This document shows, in pieces, positions 46,601-58,039 of a stretch of DNA of 64,000 nucleotides. The notes under the pieces were generated by a model. The model was not told the origin of the DNA. It saw nothing but the letters and a program-made list of their open reading frames with translations, and searched no databases. The DNA is from Macrostomum lignano (Eukaryota): NCBI GenBank assembly GCA_002269645.1, contig NIVC01000051.1, positions 620,001 through 684,000 on the forward strand, written 5' to 3'. The translations under genes and the position numbers were made by a program. Every line of letters begins with the position of its first letter. The stretch's first letter is position 1.

Positions 46601-49115
46601 TTGATCTCTACCGCACCGATTGCTCAATCCTTTGATCTCTACAGCACAGATTGCTGAATTCTTTGATATCTATCGCACCGATTGCTCAATTCTTTGATCT
46701 CTACCGCACCGATTGCTCAATTCTTTGATCTCTACCGCACCGATTGCTCAATCCTTTGATCTCTACCGCACCGATTGCTCAATCCTTTGATCTCTACCGC
46801 ACCGATTGCTCAATCCTTTGATCTCTACCGCACCGATTGCTCAATCCTTTGATCTCTACAGCACCGATCGCTCAATCCTTTGATCTCTACAGCACCGATT
46901 GCTCAATCCTTTGATCTCTACCGCACCGGTTGCTCAATCCTTTGATCTCTACCGCACCGATCGCTCAATCCTTTGATCTCTACCGCACCGATTGCTCAAT
47001 TCTTTGATCTCTACCGCACCGATTGCTCAATCCTTTGATCTCTACCGCACCGATTGCTCAATTCTTTGATCTCTACCGCACCGATTGCTCAATCCTTTGA
47101 TCTTTACCGCACAGATTGCTCAATTCTTTGATCTCTACCGCACCGATTGCTCAATCCTTTCATGTATACGGCCATTTTTGCGTATCTTTAAATTAAACTT
47201 TTAAGTTAAAATTAAACTTTTCAGAGCGTTCAGCATCAGTAGAAGCTGATTCAGCGGAAGTGGCAGCGGCAGGGCCAGCAGACTCAACTAATTGGCCAGC
47301 AGCTGCCGAGACCGCTTCGTCCTGGCTGCAGCACGCCCGTTCAGTTCGCGAACGTCTGCTGCCTCTGCTGCTGCAACAATCTTCTAGCAGCAGTAGCTCC
47401 ATCGCGGCGGCTGCAGCGGCACTGGGTCCGGATCGCTCCGACGCTGAACAGCTGATCGAGCGCCTGCTAACCGACCAGTCTGTACCGCTGGAGTCCACTC
47501 TAGCTGTTGCCGAGGTGGCCAAGCTGACTGGCGCAGACGTGTCCAATCTACTTCGATTCGCTGTACGTAAAAGAATTTGCGAAGCTAACGAAGACGCCGA
47601 TTGGATTATTGGCCTGTCCAGTCTGCTAGATGAATTGCGAGAGCCGCTGCAGTCGTCTCTGGCTGCTGCTATCAACGATGCGCCAGTGTTGGCAGCGTTG
47701 AAAGACTGTCTCGGCTCCGGGCAAACTCTATCAGCTGACAGGCGCTTGTCTGTGCTAGATTTTCTAGCTAATTATTTTGAACTGTCGGGCGACCGGCTGT
47801 TGCCTCTGCTAGCCGAGCACGCTGTTGAATGCTTGACTAGGTTGCTACCCGATTCTTGTGGCATCACCGCTAGTCAATTGTTGGAGTCTGAGTCGGCCAG
47901 GTGTGAAAAGTTTGTCCAATTGATGCAGGAGTGCCGGACTCTGGAGCAGGTTTGTTTCTGTTTTTCTGTTTTTTTGTATTTATTTAACTTATTTTGTTTG
48001 ATATTCTATCAGTCTGTAATGTCAGTGTGCTGTTAGATGTTCTATCAGTCTGTAATGTCAGTGTGCTGTTTGATGTTCTATCAGTCTGTGATGTCAGTGT
48101 GCTGTTTGATGTTCTGTCAGTCTGTAATGTCAGTGTGCTGTTTTGATGTTCTGTCAGTCTGTAATGTCAGTGTGCTGTTTTGATGTTCTATCAGTCTGTA
48201 ATGTCAGTGTGCTGTTTTGATGTTCTGTCAGTCTGTAATGTCAGTGTGCTGTTTTGATGTTTTGTCAGTCTGTAATGTCAGTGTGCTGTTCGATATTCTT
48301 TCTATCCTTCTGTAATCTCTTTGTGCTGTTTTTTAATGTTCTATCAGTCTGTAATGGCTGTCTGGGTTCTGTTCGATGTTCTGTGAGTCTGTAATACTGT
48401 TTGATTTTCTGGAATTCTGTAATTACTCAATGCTACTTAACTGAAACCCATTAAAACGCTTCTACAGGTGTCGGGCATGGGCGACCTGCTGGCTCTGTGG
48501 CCACCCTGCAGTAGCGAAGCTCAACAGCAGCGGGTGGCAACAAATTATTTAACCCCAGCTTGGCTTGCTTGGCTCGACGCCTGCGGCAGACTGGGTCAGG
48601 CTGGTCGCGATCTAGCCGTTGCTAGGGCTATTCAGCAGCAACAGCAGGAACAAGACGAAGAGTCTTCTCAGCAACAGCTGTTGCTATGGCCACCGGAGGT
48701 GTACAATCGAGCCTACGAAATCTGTCTTGTAGAAGACTGCCGAGCCAGCAGAGATTGGGACTCCGCTTGTACAATTGCCCGATTGTCTGCCGGCAGTCTC
48801 ATTGACAGTTTCCTGACTGCCTGTGAATCTGCCGAACCGGCGCCAGCTCTACGGTCTGACACGCTGCTGTCACTAGTTGATGCAGGTCTTGCTGGCAAAC
48901 TCCCAGGCTCCTGTCTGTATCCTCAGTTCGTGTCCCGGCTGCTTGCCGATCCAAGCTCGAAATCTTCGAATCGGCTGGCTCAAACTATCGAACAGTTAAG
49001 AACGGCCGGTTGTCAACCGGAAGCCGCGTGGCTGATGATGGAGCAGCGAGGCGGAGGCTGTCATCCCGGATTGAGAACTTGGGATAATGCGGCCGCGCTG
49101 TTGAGAATGCTGTGA
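28691..49115 (+). CDS. NBAS: neuroblastoma-amplified sequence (Sec39/NAG), ~2,550 aa
   Basis: 14 phase-consistent exons: 28691(or 28718)-29260, 29809-30201, 30785-31321, 33061-33765, 34755-34877, 35304-35798, 39265-40544, 41313-41861, 42665(or 42671)-43125, 43521-43935, 45192-45811, 46181-46324, 47225-47949, 48468-49115. The total of 7,665 nt is divisible by 3. NBAS-like blocks: QWRLMSWS, YGLDTDLVYQRQW, KRHWVLHECLHRVP, DYRTDTVLGLAMT, R|YSISDWEVCATHLEHLF. Confidence 0.93.
29370..29660. repeat. 21-bp minisatellite, NBAS intron 1
   Basis: TCTTGGGATGCTGAGTTGTAG units. Confidence 0.9.
30275..30700. repeat. ~31-bp minisatellite, NBAS intron 2
   Basis: GGTTGGTTAGGGACTGTGTACATTG.AGGGTAGA units. Confidence 0.9.
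31435..32940. repeat. 16-bp minisatellite, NBAS intron 3 (TGATCAGGTCAGAGAG)
   Basis: About 90 units with recurring variant blocks. Confidence 0.97.
33840..34720. repeat. 46-bp minisatellite, NBAS intron 4
   Basis: GATCCTTCAGTTGGTTGCCACTTTGCGCTCCACCCCGACCCTCCCC; period checked at 33936 and 33982. Confidence 0.95.
34975..35195 (-). mobile_element. tRNA-derived SINE in NBAS intron 5
   Basis: Minus strand has an A-box-like TAGCAAAGTAG and a B-box GGTTCGATTCC (35147-35137), followed by a non-tRNA body. Confidence 0.6.
35895..36325. repeat. 24-bp minisatellite, NBAS intron 6
   Basis: ATGATCAATAATAGGAGTGTCTCT units. Confidence 0.95.
36456..38512 (-). mobile_element. degenerate CMC-superfamily (Mirage/EnSpm-like) transposase, antisense in NBAS intron 6
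   Basis: Collinear motifs across stops and frameshifts: INIDGLHLYKSS..LWPIL, FICDAPMRAFI.CIAGHT..GCGYC, PLDY..LVCLG, CEFQRATR..NYKA.GFR..RYCGP, YNFHILWH..KRYGPL..FCFENYLGRLK. TIRs were not identified. Confidence 0.8.
38681..38875. mobile_element. 195-bp MITE with perfect 18-bp TIRs
   Basis: GGGCCGTATGCAGAAAGC (38681-38698) / GCTTTCTGCATACGGCCC (38858-38875), with internal AGTC(C/T)GGACT motifs. The TSD is not clean. Confidence 0.8.
40560..41160. repeat. 27-bp minisatellite, NBAS intron 7
   Basis: TCTCTAGTTGGGATTTCCTTTGGGGAA units. Confidence 0.92.
42040..42450. repeat. pyrimidine-rich degenerate repeat ending in (GA)n, NBAS intron 8
   Basis: Recurrent CTCACCCTCTTTCTCCC. Confidence 0.85.
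43980..45010. repeat. 23-bp minisatellite, NBAS intron 10
   Basis: AGTCTGTAGTGGAGGGCGGATTG units. Confidence 0.95.
45890..46105. repeat. ~32-bp minisatellite, NBAS intron 11
   Basis: ACAACAGGTGTGACACAAGCGTGTACTCATAG with alternating variants. Confidence 0.9.
46388..47160. repeat. 31-bp minisatellite, NBAS intron 12
   Basis: CTCTACCGCACCGATTGCTCAATCCTTTGAT units. Confidence 0.95.
48000..48400. repeat. 36-37-bp minisatellite, NBAS intron 13
   Basis: TGATGTTCTATCAGTCTGTAATGTCAGTGTGCTGTT units. Confidence 0.9.
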
Positions 49116-49248
49116 TTTGATTTTTTGAGATTGCATTGCTGCGCTGACTGTGCTTTCTGGTCTAACTGACTGCATGGTTATTAAATATTAATGTAAGAAT
49201 TACGTCACATCCAAATCCGTCCCTGAAAGAATTTTTAGAGCTGCCCCT

Positions 49249-49412
49249 ATTGATCCGCTAGTCAATGAGAATTGCCCTTGATCCGCTAGCCAATGAGAAT
49301 CGCCCTTGATCCGCTAGCCAATGAGAATCGCCCTTGATTTAATAGCCAATGAGAATTGCCCTTGATCCGCTAGCCAATTAGAATCGCTTTTAATCTGCTG
49401 GCCAATCAGAAT
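49249..49412. repeat. ~28-bp short array containing CCAAT boxes
   Basis: About 5-6 copies of TAGCCAATGAGAATCGCCCTTGATCCGC. Confidence 0.8.
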
Positions 49413-50064
49413 CGCCCCTAATCTACAAAAAATCGTTAATTAAAAACCTAGAGATGTAAGTTTATTATAGTGTTTCCCAAATTTTTGTTTCAATTACATC
49501 TGGTGTCGGATATTTTCTGTTGCTAATTAATTCAATGTCTAATTTTTACCTGCAAAAACAGTGCTTGTCGTTGATTAAAAATTATAGAATATTAATTATG
49601 CATAGTCTTCCGTATTCTGCTTACACTAATCAATTATATTGCAATCTAATCATCTGTGCCCCCTTATTTTAACTTTTGTTTGACTTAAAATGCTTTTTGG
49701 TGTTTGTTATAATAATTGCCATTTGTTAATGTCACTGCTCATAGCGCTTATGTACATTTTATGTGATAGCTATGTTAACTTGTATGTTCATCAGTGCAGT
49801 TTAGAACAGAATGCTAATTACTATTGGATCATAATATATACTAATAATCACCGAGGTTTCAGATGATTTCATTGTTTTTGCTAAGTACTCGTCCGTTTGG
49901 GAACTGTTGTTTTTGCTTGTATTGCAGTACTACTTTATTATTATTAGTAGTAATAGTAGTACAGTACTGTAGGATTGTTTACCAAACTGATACAAGTCTT
50001 TAGTCGAATCTCTATCTGACTGCTTTGACTTCTGAACTGTGTTATCCTGACACTTTAAATATTT

Positions 50065-50440
50065 TAGTCTGACTCATCAGCTATCTTAGTCTGACTAATC
50101 AGCTATCTTAGTCTGACTAATCAGCTATCTTAGTCTGACTCATCAGCTATCTTAGTCTGACTAATCAGCTATCTTAGTCTGACTCATCAGCTATCTTAGT
50201 CTGACTCATCAGCTATCTTAGTCTGACTCATCAGCTATCTTAGTCTGACTCATCAGCTATCTTAATCTGACTCATCAGCTTTCTTAGTCTGACTCATCAG
50301 CTATCTTAGTCTGACTCATCAGCTATCTTAATCTGACTCATCAGCTATCTTAATCTGACTCATCAGCTATCTTAGTCTGACTCATCAGCTATCTTAATCT
50401 GACTCATCAGCTTTCTTAGTCTGACTCATCAGCTATCCAC
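50065..50440. repeat. 22-bp minisatellite containing TGACTCA, ending ~180 bp upstream of SNRNP40
   Basis: About 17 copies of TAGTCTGACTCATCAGCTATCT. Confidence 0.93.
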
Positions 50441-50619
50441 ACCTGAGTCAGATTCTATCGCAGTCTGACTCATTCCTTCTCAATCTGACTCATTAATTGA
50501 TCTCAGTAAGACTCGTCAATTATTTTGATCTGTTAGGTACGACTCAATATCTGCAGGTAAAATATTGCTCATATTCTAAATATAAATATTCGTTATGATG
50601 CATGCAGCATTAATCACCC

Positions 50620-52062
50620 ATGGCATCAGCGGCCGACAATCCGATGAAGCGTCCAGCTGCCCAATCGGCGGCCTTATCTGTTGTGCCAGCCAAGCAGGCT
50701 CGCACAGCTGGCGAACTAATTCAACACGGTGGCTCGGCCAACAACAAGCGTCTGGTTTCGGCTGGCCCGTCGAGAACGTCGTCTCTGCACGCGCCGATCA
50801 TGCTGCTAACTGGTCACGAAGGCGAGATCTACTGCGGCAAGTTCTCTCCAACCGGTTCCATTTTGGCTACGGCCGGCTACGAACGTAAAATTTTCCTGTG
50901 GACAGTTTATGACGAATGCGAGAACCTCGCCGTGCTCACTGGCCACGGCGGGGCTATTCTGGAGTTGAAGTTCACCACGGATGGCGAGACTCTGGTGTCG
51001 GCGGCCAGCGACAAGACTGCCGCTTTGTGGGATCTGGAGGCCGGCCTGCGGATCAAGAGGCTTAAAGGTGCGTCTTTGCTCACCTGTGTCCAATTAGAAT
51101 GTCTTCGATTGACTCACGTTTCTTATCTTAATTGATCACTCACCTTTTTTATCATACGGTTTATTACCTTGCCTTTTTTATCTTTTAATAGTTAAGCTTT
51201 CTTTATCTTTAATTGACTCACCTTTATTATCATTAATTATCTCACCTTTTTTTAATTATTCAATTTTATTTATCTTTAATTGACCCACCTGTCTTATCTG
51301 TAATTTGTTCGCCATTTAGTTTCATTTAATTAATTGTTTCACCTTTATTGCCTTAATTAAATTACCTCAGTTATTTTGTTTTCAAACCACCTCTGCTCAC
51401 TTCAAATATTGCCAAATGGTCATTCCGCAGGCCACGAGAAGCTGATCAACAGTGTCGACGTTGTCCGCCGCGGTCCCCAGCTGCTGTGCACCGGCAGCGA
51501 CGACGGCACCATCCGGCTGTGGGATCGGCGAGTCCGCGGCCACACGCACAGCTTCGATTCCGGCAACGCCGTCACCAGCGTAGCCTTCGGCGACACGGGC
51601 GAGCTGGTCTACTCTGGCGGCATTGACAACTCAATCCAGGCCTGGGATCTGCGCCGAAGCGCTTGCACTATGCGACTGAGAGGTCACAGCGACACGGTGA
51701 CCGGGCTGGCGCTGAGTCCGGATGGCAACTATCTACTGTCTAACGGCATGGACGCCAGCCTGCGAGTTTGGGACATTCGGCCGTACGCGCCGCAGGATCG
51801 TTGCTTGAAAATCCTGTCGGGTCATCGGCACAGCTTTGAGCAGAATCTGTTGCGCTGCGCCTGGCAACCGGACGGGCGCCGGGTCACCTGCGGCTCGTCG
51901 GATCGATTCGTGTACGTGTGGGACTGCGCTAGCCGGCAAGTTGTGTACAAACTGCCTGGCCACACCGGCTCGGTTAATGAGACTCATTTTCATCCCAAGG
52001 AGCCGATTATTATGTCTGTTGGCAGCGATAAGAAAGTCTACCTGGGCGAGATCGAACCTTGA
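50620..52062 (+). CDS. SNRNP40: U5 snRNP 40-kDa WD40 protein (359 aa)
   Basis: Exons 50620-51067 and 51431-52062, phase 1. Motifs: RTSSLHAPIMLLTGHEGEIYC, RRGPQLLCTGSDDG, VWDIRPYAP..R, HSFEQNLLRCAW, YKLPGH.GSVNE..FHPKEPII.S..SDK..YLGEI. Confidence 0.96.
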
Positions 52063-52109
52063 CAATTATGATCAGGCTTAGATAGACTCCCAGTTTTATT
52101 GGCACTTTG

Positions 52110-52665
52110 TCGACCTGTCCTGTGTCTATTATATGTTCTGTCTTATCTCTCACCTGTCTTATCTCTCACCTGTCTCATGTCTCTCCTGTCTCATGTCTCT
52201 CCTGTCTCATGTCTCTCCTGTCTTATCTCTCACCTGTCTCATGTCTCTCCTGTCTTATCTCTCACCTGTCTCATGTCTCTCCTGTCTCATGTCTCTCCTG
52301 TCTTATCTCTCACCTGTCTCATCTCTCACCTGTCTTATCTCTCACCTGTCTCATCTCTCACCTGTCTTATCTCTCACCTGTCTCATGTCTCTCCTGTCTC
52401 ATGTCTCTCCTGTATTATCTCTCACCTGTCTCATCTCTCACCTGTCTTATCTCTCACCTGTCTCATCTCTCACCTGTCTTATCTCTCACCTGTCTCATGT
52501 CTCTCCTGTCTCATGTCTCTCCTGTATTATCTCTCACCTGTCTCATCTCTCACCTGTCTTATCTCTCACCTGTCTCATGTCTCTCCTGTCTTATCTCTCA
52601 CCTGTCTCATGTCTCTCCTGTCTTATCTCTCACCTGTCTGTCTCATCTCTCACCTGTCTGCTTTA
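52110..52665. repeat. ~16-bp CT-rich mosaic minisatellite (TCTCACCTGTCT..)
   Basis: Tandem units are visible 3' of SNRNP40. Confidence 0.93.
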
Positions 52666-53331
52666 TCTCTTAGCCTTGTTTGTCTTATCTCTCACTTCTA
52701 ATCTCTCGTGTCTGTCTGGCTCAGTCTCCGTCAATTACCGGTCTGATTTTCTCCTCTTGTTCATAACACTCGCCTATTATTTTGAATAATAGCTAATCCT
52801 AGCTTTTAAGCTTATTTCTTCATTCGTATAACTAATTTCCTTCTGGCACCCCTATGTTTTTTATTATTCTTTGGGAAAAATTATGGCCTATTATGCAATT
52901 GTTCCATCTTGTATTAAACTTACTTATAAGCTGTTCGCGGTTCAGAAGTATGGATACTGAGACAGTTGCAGTCAGCCTAGTAGAATACTGTTAGACAAAG
53001 CTGCTAAGTTTCTTAGCGTTATTATTAATTACATAAATTTTTGTACAGCTTATTCCCTTTCATTGTCATTTATTTGTGCTTTGCTGTCCTGTCAACTATT
53101 AGTTACCTGGTGGATTACTCAACTTTTGCTGAGGCAATTCAAAAATTAATTAATACTAATTATACGCTGCCATCGTAGTTGTTACACCTAAACTGCATCT
53201 TAGCATGCCTTTTGTATAGTAATGTGATTCACCAGTGTCATACTGTGTAATAAATTTTTTCTGCTATGATAGAGCCTTCACTGTGACTTCATTTATTTTA
53301 TTGTGTATTGTTTTCTGTGATCATGGTTAGG

Positions 53332-54375
53332 GTTGGTGTTTGGGGGTCTGGTGTTTGGGGGGGGGTTCTGGTGTTTGGGGGTCTGGTGTTTGGGGGGTCT
53401 GGTGTTTGGGGGTCTGGTGTTTGGGGGGTCTGGTGTTTGGGGGGTCTGGTGTTTGGGGGGTCTGGTGTTTGGGGGGTCTGGTGTTTGGGGGTCTGGTGTT
53501 TGGGGGGTCTGGTGTTTGGGGGGTCTGGTGTTTGGGGGGGTCTGGTGTTTGGGGGTCTGGTGTTTGGGGTCTGGTGTTTGGGGGGTCTGGTGTTTGGGGG
53601 GTCTGGTGTTTGGGGGGTCTGGTGTTTGGGGGGGGTCTGGTGTTTGGGGGGTCTGGTGTTTGGGGGTCTGGTGTTTGGGGGGTCTGGTGTTTGGGGGTCT
53701 GGTGTTTGGGGGGTCTGGTGTTTGGGGGTCTGGTGTTTGGGGGTCTGGTGTTTGGGGGTCTGGTGTTTAGGGGTCTGGTGTTTAAGGGGTCTGGTGTTTG
53801 GGGGGTCTGGTGTTTGGGGGGTCTGGTGTTTAGGGGTCTGGTGTTTGGGGGTCTGGTGTTTACGGGTCTGGTGTTTGGGGGGGGGGGTCTGGTGTTTGGG
53901 GGTCTGGTGTTTGGGGGTCTGGTGTTTGGGGGGTCTGGTGTTTGGGGGTCTGGTGTTTGGGGGGTCTGGTGTTTGGGGGTCTGGTGTTTGGGGGTCTGGT
54001 GTTTGGGGGTCTGGTGTTTAAGGGGTCTGGTGTTTTGGGGTCTGGTGTTTGGGGGGTCTGGTGTTTAGGGGTCTGGTGTTTGGGGGTCTGGTGTTTACGG
54101 GTCTGGTGTTTGGGGGTGGGGGTCTGGTGTTTAGGGGGTCTGGTGTTTAGGGGTCTGGTGTTTGGGGTCTGGTGTTTGGCGGTCTGGTGTTTGGGGGGTC
54201 TGGTGTTTGGGGGTCTGGTGTTTAGGGGTCTGGTGTTTGGGGGTGGGGGGTCTGGTGTTTAGGGGTCTGGTGTTTGGGGGGTCTGGTGTTTGGGGGGGGT
54301 CTGGTGTTTGGGGGTCTGGTGTTTGGGGGGGGGTCTGGTGTTTGGGGGTCTGGTGTTTGGGGGTTGGTGTTTGGG
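53332..54375. repeat. ~15-16-bp G-rich minisatellite (GGGGTCTGGTGTTTG) with variable G-runs
   Basis: Tandem units are visible, ending ~150 bp upstream of the PPCDC ATG. Confidence 0.95.
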
Positions 54376-54523
54376 GGACTGGTTTTTAGAATTGGCGCTT
54401 GTGGTTTGTGGCTCAGACAGTGCAATAGACAGTGACATCTTCAAGCCAAGGTTGTGTTAAAAAACGTTTCAGGCAAGCAACACAGAGTCTGAGCCTGTTG
54501 CAGAAGAGCGCAGTGGCTCAACA

Positions 54524-56459
54524 ATGTCTGGAGCTGCTACTAAAAGAAAGCGGCGCGTATTGCTTGGCTGCACAGGCAGCGTGGCCTCAATCAAGGTGCC
54601 ACAGATGTGCCAGGGTCTGCTAGATCGCGGGTTGGATGTTGCAGTCGTGTGCACCCAGTCTGCTGAGCACTTCCTAGCTAGAGCTGATCGCTCCATGCCC
54701 GAAGGTGTCACTCGAGTGTGGCGCGACAGCGACGAGTGGTCCTCTTGGCAGGTTGGCAGGGCCAGGGTTGCATTCCTGATTTACCCTGTTTACATGTAGC
54801 TGTAATTTTAGCTGTGTATTAAGGCATTGTCAGTGCTATACGCAATTCTTCAGGCTTCAGATCCTTCAAGAAATCTGCAAGAAAGCTTTAGGAAAACTTT
54901 CAGGTTGGGTTTTAGTCGCACCTAAAAGACTTCAGGAAAACCTCAGGTTTATCTTCAGTTAATCTCCCTCCACGAAGACTTCAGGTTAGATTTCAATCCT
55001 TCTTACCATTAATACTTCGGGAACTTGATATTTAACTTCAGTCCATCCCACTACGAAAACTTCAGGATTAACTTCAGTTACTCTCTTCAGGAAAAACTTC
55101 AGGTTTAACTTCAGTACGTGTGTCAACGAAAACTTCCGAAACTTGAGGTTTAACTTCAGTCCATCTGTCCACGGGTACTTTAGGAAAAGTTCAGGATTAA
55201 CATCAGTCCATCTGTCCACGGGTACTTTAGTAAAAGTTCAGGATTAACATCAGTCCATCTGTCCACGGGTACTTCAGGAAAAGTTCAGGATTTACTTCAG
55301 TCCATCTGTCCACGGGTACTTCAGGAAAAGTTCAGGATTTACTTCAGTCCATCTGTCCACGGGTACTTCAGGAAAAGTTCAGGATTAACATCAGTCCATC
55401 TGTCCACGGGTACTTCAGGAAAAGTTCAGGATTTACTTCAGTCCATCTGTCCACGGGTACTTCAGGAAAAGTTCAGGATTAACATCAGTCCATCTGTCCA
55501 CGGGTACTTCAGGAAAAGTTCAGGATTTACTTCAGTCCATCTGTCCACGGGTACTTCAGGAAAAGTTCAGGATTAACTTCAGTCCATCTGTCCACGGATA
55601 CTTTAGGAAAGATTCAGGATTTACTTCAGTCCATCTGTCCACGGATACTTCAGGAAAAGTTCAGGATTAACTTCAGTCCATCTGTCCACGGATACTTCAG
55701 CAAAAAACTCAGGATTAACTTCAGTCCATCTGTCCACGGGTACTTCAGGAAAAGTTCAGGATTTACTTCAGTCCATCTGTCCACGGATACTTTAGGAAAG
55801 ATTCAGGATTTACTTCAGTCCATCTGTCCACGGATACTTCAGGAAAAGTTCAGGATTAACTTCAGTCCATCTGTCCACGGATACTTCAGCAAAAAACTCA
55901 GGATTAACTTCAGTCCATCTGTCCACGGATACTTCAGGAACTTAAGGCTCTCTCTTCAGAAAAAAACGTTATGTTAGTCAGCTCAGTCTCTATTAAAGGC
56001 TTCAGGGAAAACTTCTGGTCACACTTCAGTCGCTCTCTCTTAAACAAATAACATCGTCAGGCCCGCGGCGACCCGGTTGTTCACATCGACCTGCGCAACT
56101 GGGCGGACCTGCTGCTGCTGGCACCGCTGGACGCCAACACCTTGGCCAAGCTGTCATGCGGCCTGTGCGATAACCTACTCACCTGCATAGCCAGAGCCTG
56201 GCCTGTTGGCGACTTCGGCCGTCCAATCATATTTGCACTGGCAATGAACTCTGCTATGTACCAGCATCCGCTCACCGCTAAACACGTAGCCGTATTGAAA
56301 AACACTTTAGGCTATATTGAAGTGCCTGTAGTGGCTAAAAAATTGATGTGCGGAGAAGTTGGAGCCGGGGCAATGGCTGAACCTGACACCATTGTTGAGG
56401 CTGTGATGAAAGCGTTGAGCAGCGTTTCAGGCGGTTTGAATGGGGTCAGCTTCTTTTGA
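54524..56459 (+). CDS. PPCDC: phosphopantothenoylcysteine decarboxylase (HFCD/HAL3 flavoprotein), 208 aa
   Basis: Exons 54524-54751 and 56061-56459, phase 0. Motifs: VLLGCTGSVA..K, DSDEWSSW, GDPVVHIDLRNWADLLLLAPLDANTLAK..GLCDNLLTC..RAW, KKLMCGEVG.GAMAE. Confidence 0.95.
55150..55940. repeat. 47-bp minisatellite in the PPCDC intron
   Basis: GGAAAAGTTCAGGATTTACTTCAGTCCATCTGTCCACGGGTACTTCA units. Confidence 0.95.
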
Positions 56460-58039
56460 GTTCGTATTTCCTTTTTCTGGTCTTGCTTGTATCATAGACT
56501 TCCTGGTATTTTCCAGGTAATTATCTAATTTACAAGTAGTCTTTGTGATTCTGCAGTCACTCGTTCGACCAGATGAAAACGATACCAATTGGCCAAGAAG
56601 CGTCCCAGAGTCGTTGCAGGTAACACAGGTAAAACAGTAAAGAAATGAGTCTAGACGACCCTCTCAAACAACGAGATGTCACAGTGCATGTCGCCAAAGA
56701 GTCGTCTTAGAGTCAAGTTGAAACGACTCTGAAATGACTCTCTAAGCCTTAGAGTCGCTGTGGAATCACTGAGTTGAGTCTAAAGTGCATAGGTGGCACT
56801 TTATCGCATCTGAATCGCATTTCGTGTTTAACAACTCCATTTAGTCTAGTTGAGTTAGTAGAAAGGTAAGGCGCGCGCTAACACAAGTCCTTAACGGGCG
56901 ACCCTCCACATTTGAGTCTTTGAGTCACTGTTCTTCAGAAATTGACCCGGGTGAACCATTGACCCGAAATGATCAAATTAAACTTGGATTATGTCCAAGA
57001 TTTTTCTTCTCTACCGGCAAAGAAACGCTTCAGAAACATTGATAACAATCCATTTTTGAGTTATGTTTTTCACTTTCACGTCTTAAGGTTCCTGTTTTTA
57101 TTATGTAGTGAACCATCAAACTCAAGTTTAGTTTAACTCAAGTCACTGTGTTCTTTGTGCGATTGGCATATTTTTATTTAGTAATTATTTTATTAACAAT
57201 AACTTTTTATCATAACTACATACGAGTATAATGACAAATATATAGTTTGTAAATGTTTTTATAGACATTCAAATGCGAACGTCAATGCTTTAACTAATCA
57301 AATGCTGAAGTTCCAATGTTGCAGTTATTGAACTTGGGGTCTTAGCTGAAGCATTCACTGCAGGAATTCCGCGTAGATACCTGTTAGACAGAGTATAGTG
57401 TCACCTGTTGAGGTATAATGTCACCTGTTAGACAGGGTATACTTTCACCTGTTAGACGTTTGAAAGCATTCGAGCGTACATGTACAAGGCTAAAAAATAA
57501 ACAAAGATTTTCTAAGAAAAATAATAATATTTACTCAGCGGCTTAGGCACAAGTTTTATTTTTTATTTACTGAAACCAAGAATCTAAAAAAACTTTCAAA
57601 AACTTTGTTCGCAATAACTTTTATGTAGGTGCGAGAAATTCAATTTAGATAGAAAATATAGTCTATTGGGTTTATCAAAAACAGGCGTTTTACTAATTTA
57701 TCTAGTAGTAGAAGATATGTACAATAGTATTAGCTACTTACTATTCACTCTGTAAAATAAAATATTTTTGGAAAATTCTGGGGGCTTAAAATATATCACT
57801 CAAATAGCATAGCAAAAGTTGTAAATTCTTAGATGAACATGTACATGCATACATAAATTCTTCAACATCTACACGTCATTCGGTAGCTGAGGTTTTTGTT
57901 TAGAAAACTAAATAAACAAGCATTGGCATTTCCATGCCAAGAGTGTTTTAAACTACTATCAGTAGCTTAGTAGTCTAAATAGCGTTTTTCGTTCTTTTCT
58001 GTAAATCTTAATGAAAAAGTTCTGAAAAAAGTTTCCCGC

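Noticed and set aside
52099-54444. Cys/Leu- and Gly/Trp-rich ORFs
   Set aside because: Minisatellite translations.
56570-56930. Scattered GAGTC/GACTC motifs 3' of PPCDC
   Set aside because: No regular period or termini; too weak to call an element.
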